A stretch of 64,000 nt of DNA, from the NCBI GenBank assembly GCA_965222315.1, contig OZ244951.1, positions 1,999,893 through 2,063,892 on the forward strand, read 5' to 3'. Below, in pieces: positions 39,646 to 50,264 of the stretch. Position numbers and translations under genes: made by a program. Each line of letters opens with the position of its first letter. The stretch's first letter is position 1. The notes beneath the pieces are model-generated. The model worked only from the letters and a program-made list of their open reading frames with translations. It had not been told where the DNA came from and did no database searches. The stretch is from Alphaproteobacteria bacterium (GTDB taxonomy: Bacteria; Pseudomonadota; Alphaproteobacteria; Bin95).

Positions 39646-39848
39646 GGTCACCCCTACCGTATCCGTACTCATAATGGCACGCCGACGCGCATACCAAAAT
39701 ATCCGTTACGCATACAATTATAGGGAATGGAGGTGGCGGTCAAACCCTCATGTATTGGGTATGGGGTGTCATAGTTGATAGTGCATACACATATATTCGG
39801 CTTCTTACAGGGGTTGGGCAGGGCGGGCTAACCCAACCGGGCGATGGT

Positions 39849-41624
39849 CTAAAACGCGTCTGCGCTCATCTCCGCCACCAGCGCGCCGCCTGTAACGATG
39901 GGGCGTTCCATGGCGGTGCCTTCGGGGATCAGTTGCTCTGCGAAAAAGCGGGCGACCTTGCGTTTCTGCTTGGCAAAGGCGCTGTCGTCGCCGACCGTCG
40001 CCAGCGCCGAATTCGCCATGAGCCAGCCGCCCGTCACATAGCCAGCCAGTTTCATATAGCTGGTCGCGCCTGCCAGGGCCTCGCCTGGCTGTGTGCCCAA
40101 ATGCGCCACCATCCAGGCGGTGCAGCGCTCCAAACTTTCCAGGCCCTCAGCCAGGGGCGCGCGGATTGCGGCCAGATCGGCATTGTCGTGATTGGCCAGT
40201 TCGGCGACCGTTGCGGCAATCTCCGCTGCGACTGCCGCCATGGCCTCGCCGCCGTCGCGGCCGAGCTTCCGCCCGACAAGGTCGATGGACTGGATGCCGT
40301 TGGTGCCCTCGTAGATCGAGGAAATCCGAACATCGCGCAGGTGCTGTGCGGCTCCCGTTTCTTCGATAAAGCCCATGCCGCCGTGCACCTGGACGTTGGT
40401 AGAGGTAACCTCCAGACCCACATCGGTGCTCCAGGCCTTGACGATCGGGATCAGTAAATCGACCCGCCGCTGCGCCAGCTTGCGTGCCTCCGGATCGGGC
40501 AGGCGCTTGGCCAAGTCCAGGCCGGCTGCCGCAGTATAGGCGAGGCAGCGCATGGCTTCCACTTGGGCGCGCATCCGCAAGAGCATGCGGCGCACGTCCG
40601 GGTGATGGATGATGGTCACCGGATCACGGCTGCCATTGACGGCGTCGCGCATCTGCACCCGGTCTTTGGCAAAGGCGACGGCCTGTTGGTAGGCGCGCTC
40701 CGCCACCGAGAGGCCCTGCAGGCCGACGCCCAGGCGGGCGTTGTTCATCATGGTGAACATGTACTCAATGCCGCGGCATTCCTCGCCAATCAGGTAGCCG
40801 ACAGCGCCGTCGTTCTCGCCAAATAGCATAACGGCGGTGGGGGAGGCATGGATCCCGAGTTTGTGCTCCAGGGAGCCGGGGCGCAGATCATTTCGCTGAC
40901 CGAGAGAGCCGTCATCGTTCACCAAGAATTTCGGCACGACAAAAAGGGAAATGCCTTTGATGCCCTCCGGCGCGCCCTCGGTGCGGGCCAAGACCAGATG
41001 AACGATATTCTCTGTCATCTCGTGGTCGCCATAGGAGATGTAAATCTTCTGACCGGAGATTCGGTAGTGATCACCCTCTTTCACCGCCTTGGTCCGCAGC
41101 GCGCCGACGTCGGAGCCCGCCTGCGGCTCGGTCAAATTCATGGTACCGGACCAAGTGCCGGTAATCATGTTCTCCAGGTATTTGTCCTTCTGCGCGGGCG
41201 AGCCATGCACCTCCAGCAGTTCGACCGCGCCTTGCGTCAGCAGCGGCCCGAGGGAAAAGCCCAGATTGGCCGAGCCCCAGATCTCGTTCAGCACCGTGCC
41301 TACCAGCCATGGCAGCCCTTGACCGCCACGCTCGGGATCGAAGACCGGGCCGTTCCAGCCGCCATCCACATAGGCCTTATAGGCTTCCGGAAAGCCATCG
41401 GGCATCCGCACAACGCCATTTTCCAGGCGCGCGCCCTGGGTATCGCCGACCCGAAGAAGCGGCGCCAGCACGCCGCTTGCGAACTTATCCGCTTCGTCCA
41501 GCACTGCGTCGACCAATTCGGTCGAAAGATCTTCAAAGCCTTCCAGCGCTAGCACATTTTCCAGCCCCGCTATTTTGCTGAGGGTAAAGCGGATATCGGC
41601 GAGCGGGGCGGCATAGTTGGACAT
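39849..41624 (-). CDS. Acyl-CoA dehydrogenase (long, ~590-aa FadE-like class)
   Basis: ACAD N, middle and C-terminal domains (..YISYGDHE..., IYEGTNGIQ) plus the C-terminal extension typical of ~600-aa ACADs. Confidence 0.8.
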   Translation of the reverse strand: MSNYAAPLADIRFTLSKIAGLENVLALEGFEDLSTELVDAVLDEADKFASGVLAPLLRVGDTQGARLENGVVRMPDGFPEAYKAYVDGGWNGPVFDPERGGQGLPWLVGTVLNEIWGSANLGFSLGPLLTQGAVELLEVHGSPAQKDKYLENMITGTWSGTMNLTEPQAGSDVGALRTKAVKEGDHYRISGQKIYISYGDHEMTENIVHLVLARTEGAPEGIKGISLFVVPKFLVNDDGSLGQRNDLRPGSLEHKLGIHASPTAVMLFGENDGAVGYLIGEECRGIEYMFTMMNNARLGVGLQGLSVAERAYQQAVAFAKDRVQMRDAVNGSRDPVTIIHHPDVRRMLLRMRAQVEAMRCLAYTAAAGLDLAKRLPDPEARKLAQRRVDLLIPIVKAWSTDVGLEVTSTNVQVHGGMGFIEETGAAQHLRDVRISSIYEGTNGIQSIDLVGRKLGRDGGEAMAAVAAEIAATVAELANHDNADLAAIRAPLAEGLESLERCTAWMVAHLGTQPGEALAGATSYMKLAGYVTGGWLMANSALATVGDDSAFAKQKRKVARFFAEQLIPEGTAMERPIVTGGALVAEMSADAF

Positions 41625-41954
41625 GGGAGGGATCCCGGAGATGAAGAGAACCGATGGCGGGATGTAGGCGAGCAGGCCTGCAAATGCAAAGAAGAATTCC
41701 GAACGTTCTTCAACGATGAATAGGAGGGCAAATGATGTTTGCTCCTATTAGTTATAAGCTACCCAGCAAAATATGGGTTCTGATGAAGGTCGCGACGATG
41801 GAATGCGTTTCGCATTTCACCCGAATGTCGTTGTCGCTGGCTTCACATCCGCACGGCACACTGAAGTGAATTATGACATCGTCCACAAGGACCAGAGCCC
41901 ACACGGTTGACGTCAGCGCTGAGGGCTTTATTTTGAGTTAAAGCCATCGACCTC

Positions 41955-42170
41955 TGCGGGAGAGCTCGTCCCTTGGCAGTAGCCATCGGATGACGCCGAA
42001 GGAGCAACCGGCCCCGGAAACTCTCAGGCACCGTGGACCGCAGGGTGAGGCACCTCTGGAAAGAGAGCGCGCTTTTCGAAGCGCTCTCCGCCGAAGAAGT
42101 AAGCGATGGACAGGCGGCAGAGATTGCCGAACCGTTTGCGTGAATCTTTCAGGCATAGGAGACAGAGCGG
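41955..42170 (+). ncRNA. Tandem glycine riboswitch (two aptamers) in the gcvT leader
   Basis: Aptamer 1: GGGAGAG...CGCCGAAGGAGCAA...CTCTCAGGCA...GGACCG. Aptamer 2: CTCTGGAAAGAGAGCGC...CTCTCCGCCGAAGAAGTAAGCG...CTTTCAGGCATAGGAGACAGAG. Both match the conserved glycine riboswitch cores and sit directly upstream of gcvT. Confidence 0.75.
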
Positions 42171-42231
42171 GGCTGTGTTTGGACCAATCATGGTTCGAAT
42201 GGCAGCAACCGCGACTCCGGAGGTTCAAACC

Positions 42232-43356
42232 ATGGCGAACCACAGCGACGAGACCCTGCTTGAGACGCCCCTTGCCGCGCTGCATGTGCGGCTCGGTGCC
42301 AAAATGGTGCCGTTTGCCGGCTATTCCATGCCAGTTCAGTACAAAGACGGGGTCCTGAAAGAACACCTGCACACCCGCGCTGCCGCGGGCCTGTTCGATG
42401 TCTCCCACATGGGACAGGCGGGCCTGAGCGGACCAGGCGCCGCAGAATTCCTGGAAACCCTGGTCCCGGGCGACATCTTGGGGCTGGAGCCAGGGCGTAT
42501 GCGCTATACCGTGCTGATGGGCGCTGACGGCGGCATTCTGGACGATTTGATGGTGCTGCGGATGGCGGACAACGCCTTTCACCTGGTGGTGAACGCTGCC
42601 TGCAAGACGGAAGATTTCGCGCATATCGAGGCACATCTGCCAGCCGGCCTGATTTTCACGCCGCGGCCTGAACTGGCGCTCATTGCGCTGCAGGGACCGG
42701 AAGCCGCGGCCACGTTGGCGCAATTGGCGCCGGGGGTGGACCGGATCGACTTCATGCAGTGCGCCAGCGTTTCCGTAGACGGCGCGGACGTGCTCGTCAC
42801 CCGCTCCGGCTACACCGGCGAGGACGGCTATGAACTCAGCCTGCATGAAAGCCAGGCGGAGGCGCTGGCCGAAAAGTTGCTCTCGTTCGAGGCGGTCAAA
42901 CCGATTGGGCTCGGCGCGCGGGATTCGCTGCGGTTGGAAGCGGGGCTTTGCCTATATGGCCATGACATCGACACAACCACCTCTCCCATCGAGGCCGGAC
43001 TGATCTGGATCATCCCGAAGGCCCGTCGGGGCGCGGATGCCGGCTATCCCGGTGCCGCGCGGATCGCGGAGGAGATCGCAAACGGCGCCTCCCGCCGCCG
43101 CGTCGGCATTCAGCCGGAAGGCCGGGTGATCGCGCGTGAAGGTTCTCCCGTATTGGATGCCGACGGCAATCGCATTGGTACGGTAACTTCCGGTGGCTTC
43201 GGGCCGTCTGTGGCGGGCCCCGTTGGCATGGGGTATGTGGAACCGCCTCACAACAAGATCGGTACGGCGTTGCAGGTGGAGGTGCGCGGCAAACTGCATC
43301 CGGCAAGCGTCGTCAAGCTGCCGTTCGCCCCTCATCGCTACCATCGCGCCGGTTGA
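42232..43356 (+). CDS. gcvT: Glycine cleavage system aminomethyltransferase T
   Basis: N-terminus TPLAALHVRLGAKMVPFAGYSMPVQY. GGAGG RBS lies 9 nt upstream of the ATG at 42232. The ORF-track extension to 42106 would overlap the riboswitch. Confidence 0.85.
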   Translation: MANHSDETLLETPLAALHVRLGAKMVPFAGYSMPVQYKDGVLKEHLHTRAAAGLFDVSHMGQAGLSGPGAAEFLETLVPGDILGLEPGRMRYTVLMGADGGILDDLMVLRMADNAFHLVVNAACKTEDFAHIEAHLPAGLIFTPRPELALIALQGPEAAATLAQLAPGVDRIDFMQCASVSVDGADVLVTRSGYTGEDGYELSLHESQAEALAEKLLSFEAVKPIGLGARDSLRLEAGLCLYGHDIDTTTSPIEAGLIWIIPKARRGADAGYPGAARIAEEIANGASRRRVGIQPEGRVIAREGSPVLDADGNRIGTVTSGGFGPSVAGPVGMGYVEPPHNKIGTALQVEVRGKLHPASVVKLPFAPHRYHRAG

Positions 43357-43388
43357 GCCCAAAAATTTCGAAAAGGAGATCAAGAGTC

Positions 43389-43769
43389 ATGGCAAGTGAG
43401 CGTTACACGGAAGAGCATGAATGGGTCCGCATCGAGGGCTCGATTGCTACCTGCGGCATCAGTGAATACGCCCAGGAACAACTAGGCGATGTCGTGTTCG
43501 TCGATCTTCCGGAGATAGGCATGGTTGTCTCCCAGAATGACGAGATTGCTGTTGTTGAGTCGGTCAAAGCCGCAAGCGACATCTATGCGCCCATCAGCGG
43601 AGAGGTGGTCGAGGTAAATGAGGCCGTCGAAGACGCTCCGGAAACGGTCAACGAGGATGCGCTCGGCAAGGGCTGGCTGTTTAAGATCAAGGTATCGGAT
43701 GAAGGCGAAGCCGATGCGCTGATGGATGACAGCAGCTACGCAGATTTTGTGGCCGGATTGGACGAATAA
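43389..43769 (+). CDS. gcvH: Glycine cleavage system H protein (lipoyl carrier)
   Basis: Lipoyl-lysine region [35 protein letters not shown] upstream. Confidence 0.85.
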   Translation: MASERYTEEHEWVRIEGSIATCGISEYAQEQLGDVVFVDLPEIGMVVSQNDEIAVVESVKAASDIYAPISGEVVEVNEAVEDAPETVNEDALGKGWLFKIKVSDEGEADALMDDSSYADFVAGLDE

Positions 43770-43773
43770 CCTG

Positions 43774-45126
43774 ATGCGCTATTTGCCTCTGACGCCGGAC
43801 GACCGGGCGTCGATGCTGGAGACCATTGGCGTCGCCAGCGTGGATGAACTCTTCCGGGACGTGCCGGATGCTGCTCGCCTGAATGCACCGCTAGACCTGC
43901 CACCGCACGCCAGCGAAATGGCGGTGGAGCGTGCGCTGACAAAGATGGCCAGGATGAACCATGCCGCCGGAGACGGGCCGTTCTTCTGCGGCGCAGGAGC
44001 ATACCGCCATCACGTGCCGGCGACAGTGGATTACCTGATCCAGCGCGGTGAATTCCTGACGGCCTACACGCCCTATCAGCCGGAAATCGCGCAGGGCACG
44101 CTGCAGGTATTGTTCGAGTTCCAGACGCAGGTCGCAATGCTGACTGGCATGGATGTCGCCAATGCCTCCATGTATGACGGCGCGACTTCCTGCGCAGAGG
44201 CGGTGACGATGGCGGCGCGGGTGACGCGGCGGCACAAGGCAGTGCTCTCCGGCAACCTGCATCCTCACTACCGTGACGTGACCAGTACGCTTTGCGAGAT
44301 GACGGACTATCCGCTGTCGGTGACACCGGTGAACCTCGCCGGACCGGACCTGGATGCATTGGCGGACGCGGTTGACGACGAAACGGGCTGCGTTGTCGTA
44401 CAGTATCCGGACGTATTCGGCCATATCGCCGACCTCTCACCGCTGGCTGAGGCCTGCCACGAAAAAGGCGCACTGCTGGTCGTCGTGGTGACGGAGGCCG
44501 TGGCGCTGGCCGGGCTGAAGACGCCGGGCGAGATGGGCGCGGATATCGTGGCAGCGGAGGGTCAATCCTTTGGCAATGGCCTGAACTTTGGCGGCCCATA
44601 TGTCGGCCTGTTCGCAACGCGGGACAAGCTGGTGCGCCAGATGCCGGGGCGGCTCTGCGGCCAGACCGTGGATGCAGACGGAAAACGGGGTTTTGTCCTC
44701 ACGCTATCGACTCGCGAGCAACATATCAGGCGGGAGAAGGCGACCAGCAATATCTGCACCAATTCGGGCCTATGCGCACTCGCATTTTCGATCCGTGTAT
44801 CCCTGCTGGGTGAGCGCGGCATGCAGGAATTGGCGGCGCGCAACCACGCCATGGCGGTGAAGACCGCCGAGCGGCTGGAGGCAATCGACGGTGTTGAACA
44901 ACTGACGCCTGCTTTCTTCAACGAATTCGCGCTGCGCTTGCCGAAAGCGGCCGCCGACGTGGTCGAGACCTTGGCTGCGGATGGGGTCCTTGCGGGGGTG
45001 CCGGCCTCGCGCCTCTATCCGGAGGATGCTTCGTTGGCGAACGTGCTGTTGGTGGCGGCGACAGAATTGCTGATGGATGAAGACATCGACGCGCTTGCGA
45101 CTGCGCTGGAAGGGGTGCTGGCATGA
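43774..45126 (+). CDS. gcvPA: Glycine dehydrogenase (decarboxylating) subunit 1
   Basis: N-terminus [27 protein letters not shown] and a ~450-aa length typical of split P-protein subunit 1. Confidence 0.85.
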   Translation: MRYLPLTPDDRASMLETIGVASVDELFRDVPDAARLNAPLDLPPHASEMAVERALTKMARMNHAAGDGPFFCGAGAYRHHVPATVDYLIQRGEFLTAYTPYQPEIAQGTLQVLFEFQTQVAMLTGMDVANASMYDGATSCAEAVTMAARVTRRHKAVLSGNLHPHYRDVTSTLCEMTDYPLSVTPVNLAGPDLDALADAVDDETGCVVVQYPDVFGHIADLSPLAEACHEKGALLVVVVTEAVALAGLKTPGEMGADIVAAEGQSFGNGLNFGGPYVGLFATRDKLVRQMPGRLCGQTVDADGKRGFVLTLSTREQHIRREKATSNICTNSGLCALAFSIRVSLLGERGMQELAARNHAMAVKTAERLEAIDGVEQLTPAFFNEFALRLPKAAADVVETLAADGVLAGVPASRLYPEDASLANVLLVAATELLMDEDIDALATALEGVLA

Positions 45127-46685
45127 GCATGAACAATCAAGGACGCCCGACCGCGCCCGCGAGTGAGAGCGGTGTGGCAAACAATGGTCCCCAGACGTTC
45201 ACTGGCAACCGCGCGCTGGCGCAGGACGAGACGCTGATCTTCGAGCAGGGGGCAGAGGGGCGCAGCGGCACCGATTTGGGGCCAACACCAGAAGTGACCG
45301 ACAGGCGAGGGGGGCTTGCCAGGGATGGCGAGATTGGCCTTCCTGGATTGTCGGAGCCGCAAGTGGTGCGGCATTACACGCGCCTTAGTCAGCAGAATTA
45401 CTCCATCGACACAGGGGTATTTCCGCTTGGCTCCTGCACCATGAAGCACAACCCGCGATTGAATGAACGCATGGCTCGCCTGCCAGGCTTCAGCGATATT
45501 CATCCCCTGCAGCCGGAAACCACGGTGCAGGGTGCGCTGCAGCTGATGCAGGAGCTTTCGCACTGGATCCTGACCCTGACCGGCATGCCTGCCGTAGCAC
45601 TGTCGCCGGGTGCGGGGGCGCATGGCGAGTTGACCGGCATGGCGGCGATCCGGGCGGCGCTGGAGCACCGCGGGGAGTCAGCCACCAGGCGTAAGGTGCT
45701 GGTGCCGGAATCGGCGCACGGCACCAATCCGGCGACTGCTGCGGCGCTCGGCTTCAAGATTGAAAGCATCGAAGAGGACGAGCACGGGCGCGTCGACCTT
45801 AAGGCGTTCGAAAAGCATGTTGGCGACGACGTGGCCGGAATCATGCTGACCAATCCCAATACCTGCGGCGTGTTCGAGTATGACATCCGCCGCATCGCCG
45901 ACGCTCTGCACGAGGCCGGCGGTTATTTCTATTGCGACGGCGCGAACTTCAACGCCATCGTGGGGCGGGTCAGGCCGGGCGACCTCGGCATCGACGCCAT
46001 GCACCTGAATCTGCACAAGACTTTCTCGACCCCGCATGGCGGCGGCGGGCCTGGTAGCGGGCCTGTGGTTTACTCTGAAGCCCTGGCGCCATTCGCGCCG
46101 GTGCCGAGGGTCGAGCAGAGCGCAGACGGTACGCTGCGATTGGTGGAGCGCTCCAATGGCGAGGCGGCGGAGGCTTTTGGCCGGGTGAAGGGTTTCCACG
46201 GTCAGATGGGCATGTTCGTCCGCGCGCTCGCCTACATGATGAGCCATGGCGGCGATGGCCTGAAACAGGTGGCAGAGGACTCCGTGCTGAACGCCAACTA
46301 CCTGAAAGAACGTCTCAAGAGCGAGTTCAGCCTGCCTTACACTGACGGTCCCTGCATGCACGAGGTGCTGTTTGACGACAGCTTCCTGAAGGGGACGGGT
46401 GTTTCCACGCTCGATTTTTCCAAGGCGATGATCGACGAAGGCTACCACCCGATGACCATGTACTTCCCGTTGGTGGTCCACGGGGCCATGCTGATCGAGC
46501 CGACCGAGACCGAAAGCAAGCAGTCGCTGGACCAATTCGCCGACTCGCTACTGAGCCTTGCCAAGGCCGCAAAAGCGGGCGAGAAGGACCGTTTTACCCA
46601 GGCCCCGTACTATGCGCCGCGCAGCCGCCTGGACGAGACGGCGGCGGCAAGGAAGCCGGTGCTGCGCTGGAAGCCGGAGGCCTGA
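45123..46685 (+). CDS. gcvPB: Glycine dehydrogenase (decarboxylating) subunit 2
   Basis: ATGA overlap with gcvPA. PLP-lysine region [21 protein letters not shown]. Confidence 0.85.
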   Translation: MSMNNQGRPTAPASESGVANNGPQTFTGNRALAQDETLIFEQGAEGRSGTDLGPTPEVTDRRGGLARDGEIGLPGLSEPQVVRHYTRLSQQNYSIDTGVFPLGSCTMKHNPRLNERMARLPGFSDIHPLQPETTVQGALQLMQELSHWILTLTGMPAVALSPGAGAHGELTGMAAIRAALEHRGESATRRKVLVPESAHGTNPATAAALGFKIESIEEDEHGRVDLKAFEKHVGDDVAGIMLTNPNTCGVFEYDIRRIADALHEAGGYFYCDGANFNAIVGRVRPGDLGIDAMHLNLHKTFSTPHGGGGPGSGPVVYSEALAPFAPVPRVEQSADGTLRLVERSNGEAAEAFGRVKGFHGQMGMFVRALAYMMSHGGDGLKQVAEDSVLNANYLKERLKSEFSLPYTDGPCMHEVLFDDSFLKGTGVSTLDFSKAMIDEGYHPMTMYFPLVVHGAMLIEPTETESKQSLDQFADSLLSLAKAAKAGEKDRFTQAPYYAPRSRLDETAAARKPVLRWKPEA

Positions 46686-46787
46686 AAGGCGGCTTCCGGT
46701 ACAAAACCAGCCGGGACGGCAGAGCGGACTTGACCGGTCGGAAGGCCGTGCAACACTGCTGCACCGCATTCACTTGGCCGATACCGC

Positions 46788-47282
46788 TTGGAAGCCGATA
46801 CTGAGAATGAGTTGAGCGCGTCGGAGCTGCGTGATTTCCGGCGGCTGACGGCAATCATGATTCCGGCGTCTGACGAGTTCGGTCTGCCGGGAGCTGGCGA
46901 CGAAGCGATCTTCGCCGATATTGTCGGCTCCCTCGGCCGCGATCTTCCTGCCGTTCGGCAAGCTCTTGGCGAGTTGGCCCGGATGTCAGGCGGTCACTTT
47001 TCGGAACTGACGGATTCAGCGGCGGAAATGACCGCCATGGCTCTGCTAAATCGGCCAGGACCGGTGACCGCCGCACTGGGACAGGCGGTGCTGCAGTGCT
47101 ACTACAGGGATAGTCGCGTGTTTCTGGCTTTGGGCCGGGAGTACCGGCCGCCATTTCCGAAAGGCCACGTGCTGGAGCAGGGCGATTTCGGCCTGTTGGA
47201 GGCGGTGCAGGGGCGGCCGCGCATGTGGCGCGATCTTGACAGTGGCAAATCAGGACTCGGCGGGGCGAGCGATGAACACTGA
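46788..47282 (+). CDS. Gluconate 2-dehydrogenase subunit 3-like small subunit
   Basis: 164-aa protein directly upstream of and overlapping a GMC flavoprotein gene. The start codon appears to be TTG. The family assignment is tentative. Confidence 0.45.
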   Translation: MEADTENELSASELRDFRRLTAIMIPASDEFGLPGAGDEAIFADIVGSLGRDLPAVRQALGELARMSGGHFSELTDSAAEMTAMALLNRPGPVTAALGQAVLQCYYRDSRVFLALGREYRPPFPKGHVLEQGDFGLLEAVQGRPRMWRDLDSGKSGLGGASDEH

Positions 47283-48903
47283 TAATGCCAGCGCATCCCG
47301 GCCAACGGACGAAATCGTCGATGTGCTGATTATTGGCTCTGGCGCGTCCGGTGCTGCAGTGGCGTGGAGCCTTGCCGATACACGGATGCGGATCCTTTGC
47401 CTGGAGCAGGGCGACTGGGTAAAGCCGACTGACTTTCCGACCAACGGGCTGGATTGGGAGGTCCGGCGCTTCAGCGATGCCGCCATCCTGCCGAATAGGA
47501 GGGGATTACCGGCGGACTACCCGGTGAACGACGACAATTCGCTCATGAAGGTTGCCAATTATAACGCCGTCGGCGGCGCAACCGTGCATTACACCGCGCA
47601 TTTCCCGCGGATGCACCCGTCGGATTTCAAGGTGAAGACGCTGGATGGCGTCGCCGACGATTGGCCGCTCGACTATTGGACGCTGGAGCCCTACTTCGCC
47701 GAGAATGACCGGATAACGGGCGTGGCGGGACTGGCAGGCGATCCGTCATACCCGCCTCATGAGCCGACCATGCCGCCGGTGCCACTTGGCAAGACCGGCA
47801 CGCGTTTCGCCCAGGCCACCAACAAGCTGGGCTGGCACTGGTGGCCATCAGACATTGCGATCAACACAGTTGAATATGACGGACGTGCGCCCTGTATCAA
47901 CCTTGGCAACTGCACGCCCGGTTGTGCACAGGGCGCCAAGTCGAGCGTCGATATCACCTACTGGCCGGCTGCGATCAGGGCAGGGGTGGAGTTGCGCACG
48001 AATTGCCGGGTGCGCGAGATCCTTACCAACGAGTACGGGATGGCGTCGGGCGTGGTCTACTACGACCCAGACGGCGTCGAGCGCTTCCAGCCGGCGGAAG
48101 TGGTGATCCTGGCGGCCAATGGTGTCGGAACGCCCAGGCTATTGTTGAATTCCGCGTCGGGTCGGTTCCCGGACGGACTCGCGAATTCTTCCGGGCTGGT
48201 CGGCAAGAACCTAATGCTGCATCCCTGGCCGCAAGTAACCGGCTACGTGGACGAGGAGATGGACGGCGACCGGGGACCGCAAACGGTCATGTGGGGCAAG
48301 GAATTTTATGAGACCGATCGCACCCGTGGCTTCGTGCGCGGCTACACCCTGCAATATGCGCGCGGGACCGGGCCGGTGAACGAGGCGGTGACGAGCATGC
48401 TGGCGGGCCGGCTGCCATGGGGAAGGGACCATCATCGCGTCTACCGTACCCTTTACCAGAGGCGTCTGCAGATCGGTATCGCCTGCGAAGACCTGCCGGA
48501 GGAGCACAATCGGGTGACGCTCGATCCCGTGTTGAAAGACAGCCACGGCATTCCGGCGCCGAAGGTAGACTACACCATCAGCGCGAACACGGCGGCGATG
48601 ATGGAGCACGGCATCGCGCGCGCGACGGAGATCCTGGAGGCGGCGGGAGCGAACAATATTTCATGCTCCCGCACAGCGCTGAACTATCCGGGGCATTTGC
48701 TCGGCACCGCGCGGATGGGACTGGACCCGGAACGTTCAGTCGTGAACGAATGGGGGCGGTCCCATGACGTCAAGAACCTGTTCATCGTCGATGGCAGTAT
48801 CTGGGTTACGTCCGGCGGCGTTAACCCGACATCCACGATTCAGGCACTGGCGCTCTATATCGCGGACCAGATGAAGCAGCGGTTGGCAAACCTGTTCGAC
48901 TGA
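47272..48903 (+). CDS. GMC family oxidoreductase (gluconate 2-dehydrogenase flavoprotein-like)
   Basis: FAD motif VDVLIIGSGASGAAVAWSL near the N-terminus and a GMC C-terminal domain (HLLGTARMG). Start ambiguous between 47236 and 47272. Confidence 0.75.
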   Translation: MNTDNASASRPTDEIVDVLIIGSGASGAAVAWSLADTRMRILCLEQGDWVKPTDFPTNGLDWEVRRFSDAAILPNRRGLPADYPVNDDNSLMKVANYNAVGGATVHYTAHFPRMHPSDFKVKTLDGVADDWPLDYWTLEPYFAENDRITGVAGLAGDPSYPPHEPTMPPVPLGKTGTRFAQATNKLGWHWWPSDIAINTVEYDGRAPCINLGNCTPGCAQGAKSSVDITYWPAAIRAGVELRTNCRVREILTNEYGMASGVVYYDPDGVERFQPAEVVILAANGVGTPRLLLNSASGRFPDGLANSSGLVGKNLMLHPWPQVTGYVDEEMDGDRGPQTVMWGKEFYETDRTRGFVRGYTLQYARGTGPVNEAVTSMLAGRLPWGRDHHRVYRTLYQRRLQIGIACEDLPEEHNRVTLDPVLKDSHGIPAPKVDYTISANTAAMMEHGIARATEILEAAGANNISCSRTALNYPGHLLGTARMGLDPERSVVNEWGRSHDVKNLFIVDGSIWVTSGGVNPTSTIQALALYIADQMKQRLANLFD

Positions 48904-48930
48904 GATGCCTGGCCGGCTGGTTCCGCAAGA

Positions 48931-50085
48931 CTAGCGCAGGATATCGCGCAGTGCGTCAACGCAGCGGGCGCAGTCTTCGTCGTCATTGTAGACATGCGGG
49001 CTGATGCGCAGCCGTCCGAGCCTGGCGGCGGCATAGACGCCACGTTCGGCAAGCCGCTCCGGCAGCCCCTCGGGCATGCCGTCCGGGAAGCCGATGCTCA
49101 GAATGTTGGGAGCGCGCAAGTCCCGTTGGAGCCATTCGACCGGCACGCCGTCGGCCTTTAGACCCGCTTCGAGCCTGTCGGTCAGCATTGAGAGCCGCGC
49201 GCGGATCGGTTGGATTCCCCACTGGAGCAACAGTTCCATGCTGGTGGCCGCTACATCGAGCGAGACGAAGAAGTCCCGCTCCCCCATATCATAGCGCCGG
49301 GCGCTATCCACATAGTCCAAGTCGGTGAAATATGTGTCGTCGGTTGCCCGTACCCGCTTGCGGCCATAGCTTGTCTGCTCCAGCGGCATACCTGTTTGGT
49401 GGCGTTTGGCGACATACAGGAAGGCGCGGCCATAGGGTCCGAGGAGCCACTTGTAGGTCGGGAAGATGACGAAATCCGGGTCCAGGGCCGTAACGTCGAG
49501 ATCGACCACCCCAGCGCCATGGGTTGCATCGACAAGCAGCTTGCCACCGTGGGGACGGAGCGCCGCTTGCACCCGGTCGAGGTCGATCAGACCGCCATCC
49601 GACCAATGAATGCTGGAGATCGAGACAAGGGCAACCGGCGGTTTGCCGGGCTGGGCCAGAGCTTCTTCCAAGGCGCCCGTCCAATCATGGTTCGCGCCGG
49701 GCGTAACCGTCTCGATCCGGAAATCCATCTCTTGTGCTCGGCTCATCCACTCCAGAACCGGCGATGTGTGGTCCCGATCCAGCACGAGGATGCTGCTGCC
49801 GCGGGGGAGGTTGAGGATTTTGGCTGCTGTCGAAACGCCATAACCGACCGACGAGATCAGCGCGATGTCGCCTGGCTCCGCATTGATGATAGCGGCGGCG
49901 GCTGTTCTGGCCCGCTCTATCTGCTGCTCCTGAAAGGAGTCCGCCAGTTCCCACGGGCGCGCCTTTCTGGCTGCCCCGATCTGTCCTGCTTCGACCGAAG
50001 GCATCGGCAGTGGGCTCCATGCCGCAGCGTTCAGGTAGGAGACCTCGCGAGGCATGTCGAACAGGTGGCGTTGTGAGGATAGCAC
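48931..50085 (-). CDS. Aminotransferase class V-fold PLP-dependent enzyme
   Basis: 384 aa, class V fold (SISSIHWSDGGLIDL...FPTYKWLLGPYG). Confidence 0.65.
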   Translation of the reverse strand: MLSSQRHLFDMPREVSYLNAAAWSPLPMPSVEAGQIGAARKARPWELADSFQEQQIERARTAAAAIINAEPGDIALISSVGYGVSTAAKILNLPRGSSILVLDRDHTSPVLEWMSRAQEMDFRIETVTPGANHDWTGALEEALAQPGKPPVALVSISSIHWSDGGLIDLDRVQAALRPHGGKLLVDATHGAGVVDLDVTALDPDFVIFPTYKWLLGPYGRAFLYVAKRHQTGMPLEQTSYGRKRVRATDDTYFTDLDYVDSARRYDMGERDFFVSLDVAATSMELLLQWGIQPIRARLSMLTDRLEAGLKADGVPVEWLQRDLRAPNILSIGFPDGMPEGLPERLAERGVYAAARLGRLRISPHVYNDDEDCARCVDALRDILR

Positions 50086-50264
50086 TGGCGCTCTCCAAAT
50101 TGGCGGGTGAAGAAAGGCCGTTTTCAGCCTTCACCATCCGGTGCCAGACCGCCATTGTCGAGGCCGTCCGGATGTGTGTGCGATGGCCTGGCCTGATAGG
50201 ATGGATAGACGAGCCTGGACCGGGCTTATAGGAGTGCGGTGAACGTGGCGGTCAGTCCGGTTGC

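Noticed and set aside
42106-42231. Upstream ATG extension of gcvT (MDRRQRL... / MVRMAAT...)
   Set aside because: The extension would be translated from within the glycine riboswitch. The GGAGG RBS and conserved GcvT length support the ATG at 42232.
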